A stretch of 35,456 nucleotides of DNA from Bacteroidota bacterium (lineage in GTDB: Bacteria > Bacteroidota > Ignavibacteria > Tepidaquicellales > Tepidaquicellaceae), in NCBI GenBank assembly GCA_036786155.1, contig DAIQRO010000007.1, positions 1 through 35,456 of the forward strand. Reading direction: 5' to 3'. This document shows positions 34,901-35,456 of the stretch, piece by piece. The notes below the pieces were generated by a model. The model saw nothing but the letters and a program-made list of their open reading frames with translations, was not told the origin of the DNA and searched no databases. Position numbers and translations under genes: made by a program. Numbering within the stretch: the stretch's first letter is position 1; the number at the start of each line of letters is the position of its first letter.

Positions 34901-35106
34901 ACTGGCAGTTCACGGTTTACAGCGGTGACGTAAATCAGGACGGCACCGTGGATGCAACGGACGCCGGCGCGGTTGATAATGATGCGTCAAACTTCGAATC
35001 AGGTTACATAAACACAGATGTTACAGGAGATGAGATCGTAGATGCAAGCGATGCGCTGATAGTTGACAACAATGCATACGGTTTTGTGAGCATGCTCAGG
35101 CCGTAA
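31960..35106 (+). CDS. Giant secreted SBBP-type beta-propeller-repeat protein with the C-terminal beta-sandwich-like plus dockerin-like module. 1048 aa.
   Basis: Signal peptide MNNLKTFLLAVLAGFSMTLNAQG. About 13 repeats of the form D..GNVYVTG......D..T(V/I)KY..(S/A)G..LW. The C-terminus reads YSGDVNQDGTVDATDAGAVDND...TDVTGDEIVDASDALIVDNN and ends in ..RP, with no T9SS tail. Confidence 0.85.
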   Translation: MNNLKTFLLAVLAGFSMTLNAQGQITQEWVRSYSLPTNNSQVAADIVTDAGGNVYVTGYNAAGYSESDLVTVKYNAAGQYQWGKSYHNSVAYSHEKGKCIATYSSGGTNFVYAAGEVNYSGLTQYLILLKYDESGNQIWARGIYVVSYPFSHILKEMTADENGNVYITGGAGDKAFLVKIDSAGTTSALRTFMNPSGFYAAFGNDIKLSGGKVFIGGQVRNASSLVIPLLIICDTAGTQLEFRYNQAMASNTDNESRIVIGNSGNVYFGFRWANDYRLTKYNSSGDTLWNRKYNGTANAQDYFCALAADANENIYVTGRVNGLYGDVGTVKFDSSGNVLWVHTYAGQDGFADEGKDVKIDGSGNVYVAGVVDNWVGAKSLMIKYDPSGSPLWIKSYDFAQSDYEESLVLAIDNSGNAIATGNCGYITISDYATIKYDPSGTALWARKYNSSQTSTDAVNSITTDKYGNVYAIGRLRVGQVGDDIQIVKYNSAGVLKWTYTRGGVVQDVEDAGYAIAVDKNGYVYYTGTMHTSFTGNKRDIYTGKLDSNGNNVWPHPFGQLLGAGGNDEGVEIALDTSGNIIVGYNSEISAGNVKFGAIKYSPSGVTLWTYGFAGSGTGLDSLKDMKVDMGGNVYLTGHSTSALSGNNIVTLKVSSTGALQWTQTYNGSANADDAARSVDVDSYGNVYVTGSAANTSTGKDIVLIKYGPSGNQLWATTMSNDNTEPESGITVRYDSISQKIRLMGSSRLFPYDRTLLLADYDTAGVQTSAMLLNPSPYGANYSIGGELDGAGKLISAQAYSSQNSGFDLSVWRGFERSSVFNGASSGNDIAAYNVPVSTFGNYFYAGVTSFDSVKGNTFTIVKFKSPLNKVVLRMYIQGFYSTNSGNMIGNDTVRIKLRSSSPPYNTVDSAKVLLSFDGIAEAQFMNASAGQQYYVSVNHRNSIETWSSAPAAFSQGLLEADFRDTSEVYGINLAHITSGTYWQFTVYSGDVNQDGTVDATDAGAVDNDASNFESGYINTDVTGDEIVDASDALIVDNNAYGFVSMLRP

Positions 35107-35139
35107 TGCTCAGTTATATGTGACTATTGAAGCACGCAG

Positions 35140-35456
35140 TTAACCTGCAGGCGTATGAGGAGTTCCACTGCGGAACTCTTCATACCGCATCTGAAGATAT
35201 CCGCGCGTCTTTTCCTGCTCCGGGATGTTCATGCTGAAATTCAGTGAAGCGGCAATTTCCGCAGTTAAATCCTCGAAGATGTCAGCCATGAGGATCAGCG
35301 CTTTCCAGTTCTCATCAATACAGGATCCGGAATATGTGTGCATGATCTTTTCATACAACTCATCCGGGACAAGCTTTTTCAAATGCCTGCCTTCAATTCC
35401 GAATGCCGCAGAGGAGCCGTTGTCAAATCCGGACTTCAACTCAACGGCCTTCATGA
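35140..35456 (-). CDS. Aminoglycoside 6-nucleotidyltransferase (ANT(6)/AadK-like). Only the C-terminal ~105 aa are visible; the 5' end lies beyond the window.
   Basis: GIEGRHLKKLVPDELYEKIMHTYSGSCIDENWKALILMADIFEDLTAEIAASLNFSMNIPEQEKTRGYL matches the C-terminal helical domain pattern of streptomycin adenylyltransferases (GK..KK.LP.EL...L..TY......W.AL..M..LF...A..VA..L.F.Y). The reading frame stays open to the window edge. Confidence 0.6.
   Translation of the reverse strand, partial: MKAVELKSGFDNGSSAAFGIEGRHLKKLVPDELYEKIMHTYSGSCIDENWKALILMADIFEDLTAEIAASLNFSMNIPEQEKTRGYLQMRYEEFRSGTPHTPAG

Overview
The window looks like a chromosomal segment from an FCB-group bacterium (Bacteroidota/Ignavibacteriota-like). 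This placement rests on T9SS type-A C-terminal sorting tails (NFPNPFNP..T.I.Y ... GVYFY), TAnnTTTG-type promoter boxes and 'NLRNLRE'-type intergenic repeats. No rRNA, tRNA, cas, transposase, integrase or phage genes were seen. Layout: (1) Positions 1-15245 are entirely minus strand. They hold a tandem array of four paralogous T9SS-secreted proteins of unrecognised function (one cut by the window edge), preceded by a secreted CHRD-domain protein, a 1038-aa class III cyclase / NB-ARC-like STAND ATPase / TPR protein, a DUF1801-like protein and a polytopic membrane protein. (2) Two arrays of a 68-79 bp tandem REP-like element lie at about 15.4-15.7 kb and 21.4-21.6 kb. (3) Three otherwise unrelated secreted proteins (at 9.2, 16.1 and 32.0 kb) share a roughly 175-aa C-terminal module ending in a dockerin-like double Ca-binding repeat instead of a T9SS tail. 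Two of them sit next to paralogous ~480-aa all-helical proteins of unknown function. (4) A block of small accessory genes at 20.4-30.0 kb contains a SAM methyltransferase, a ChaA-like antiporter, a GNAT, a VOC protein, a class A beta-lactamase, PaiB and a 7-bladed propeller T9SS cargo. Three further genes in this block are interrupted only by in-frame stop codons, with no frameshifts. (5) A partial ANT(6)-like nucleotidyltransferase runs off the right edge. All family calls come from reading motifs in the translations by eye; no searches were run. Several ORF-track N-termini begin at TTG/GTG, and I trimmed these to the first plausible ATG where a signal peptide or family N-terminus supports it.
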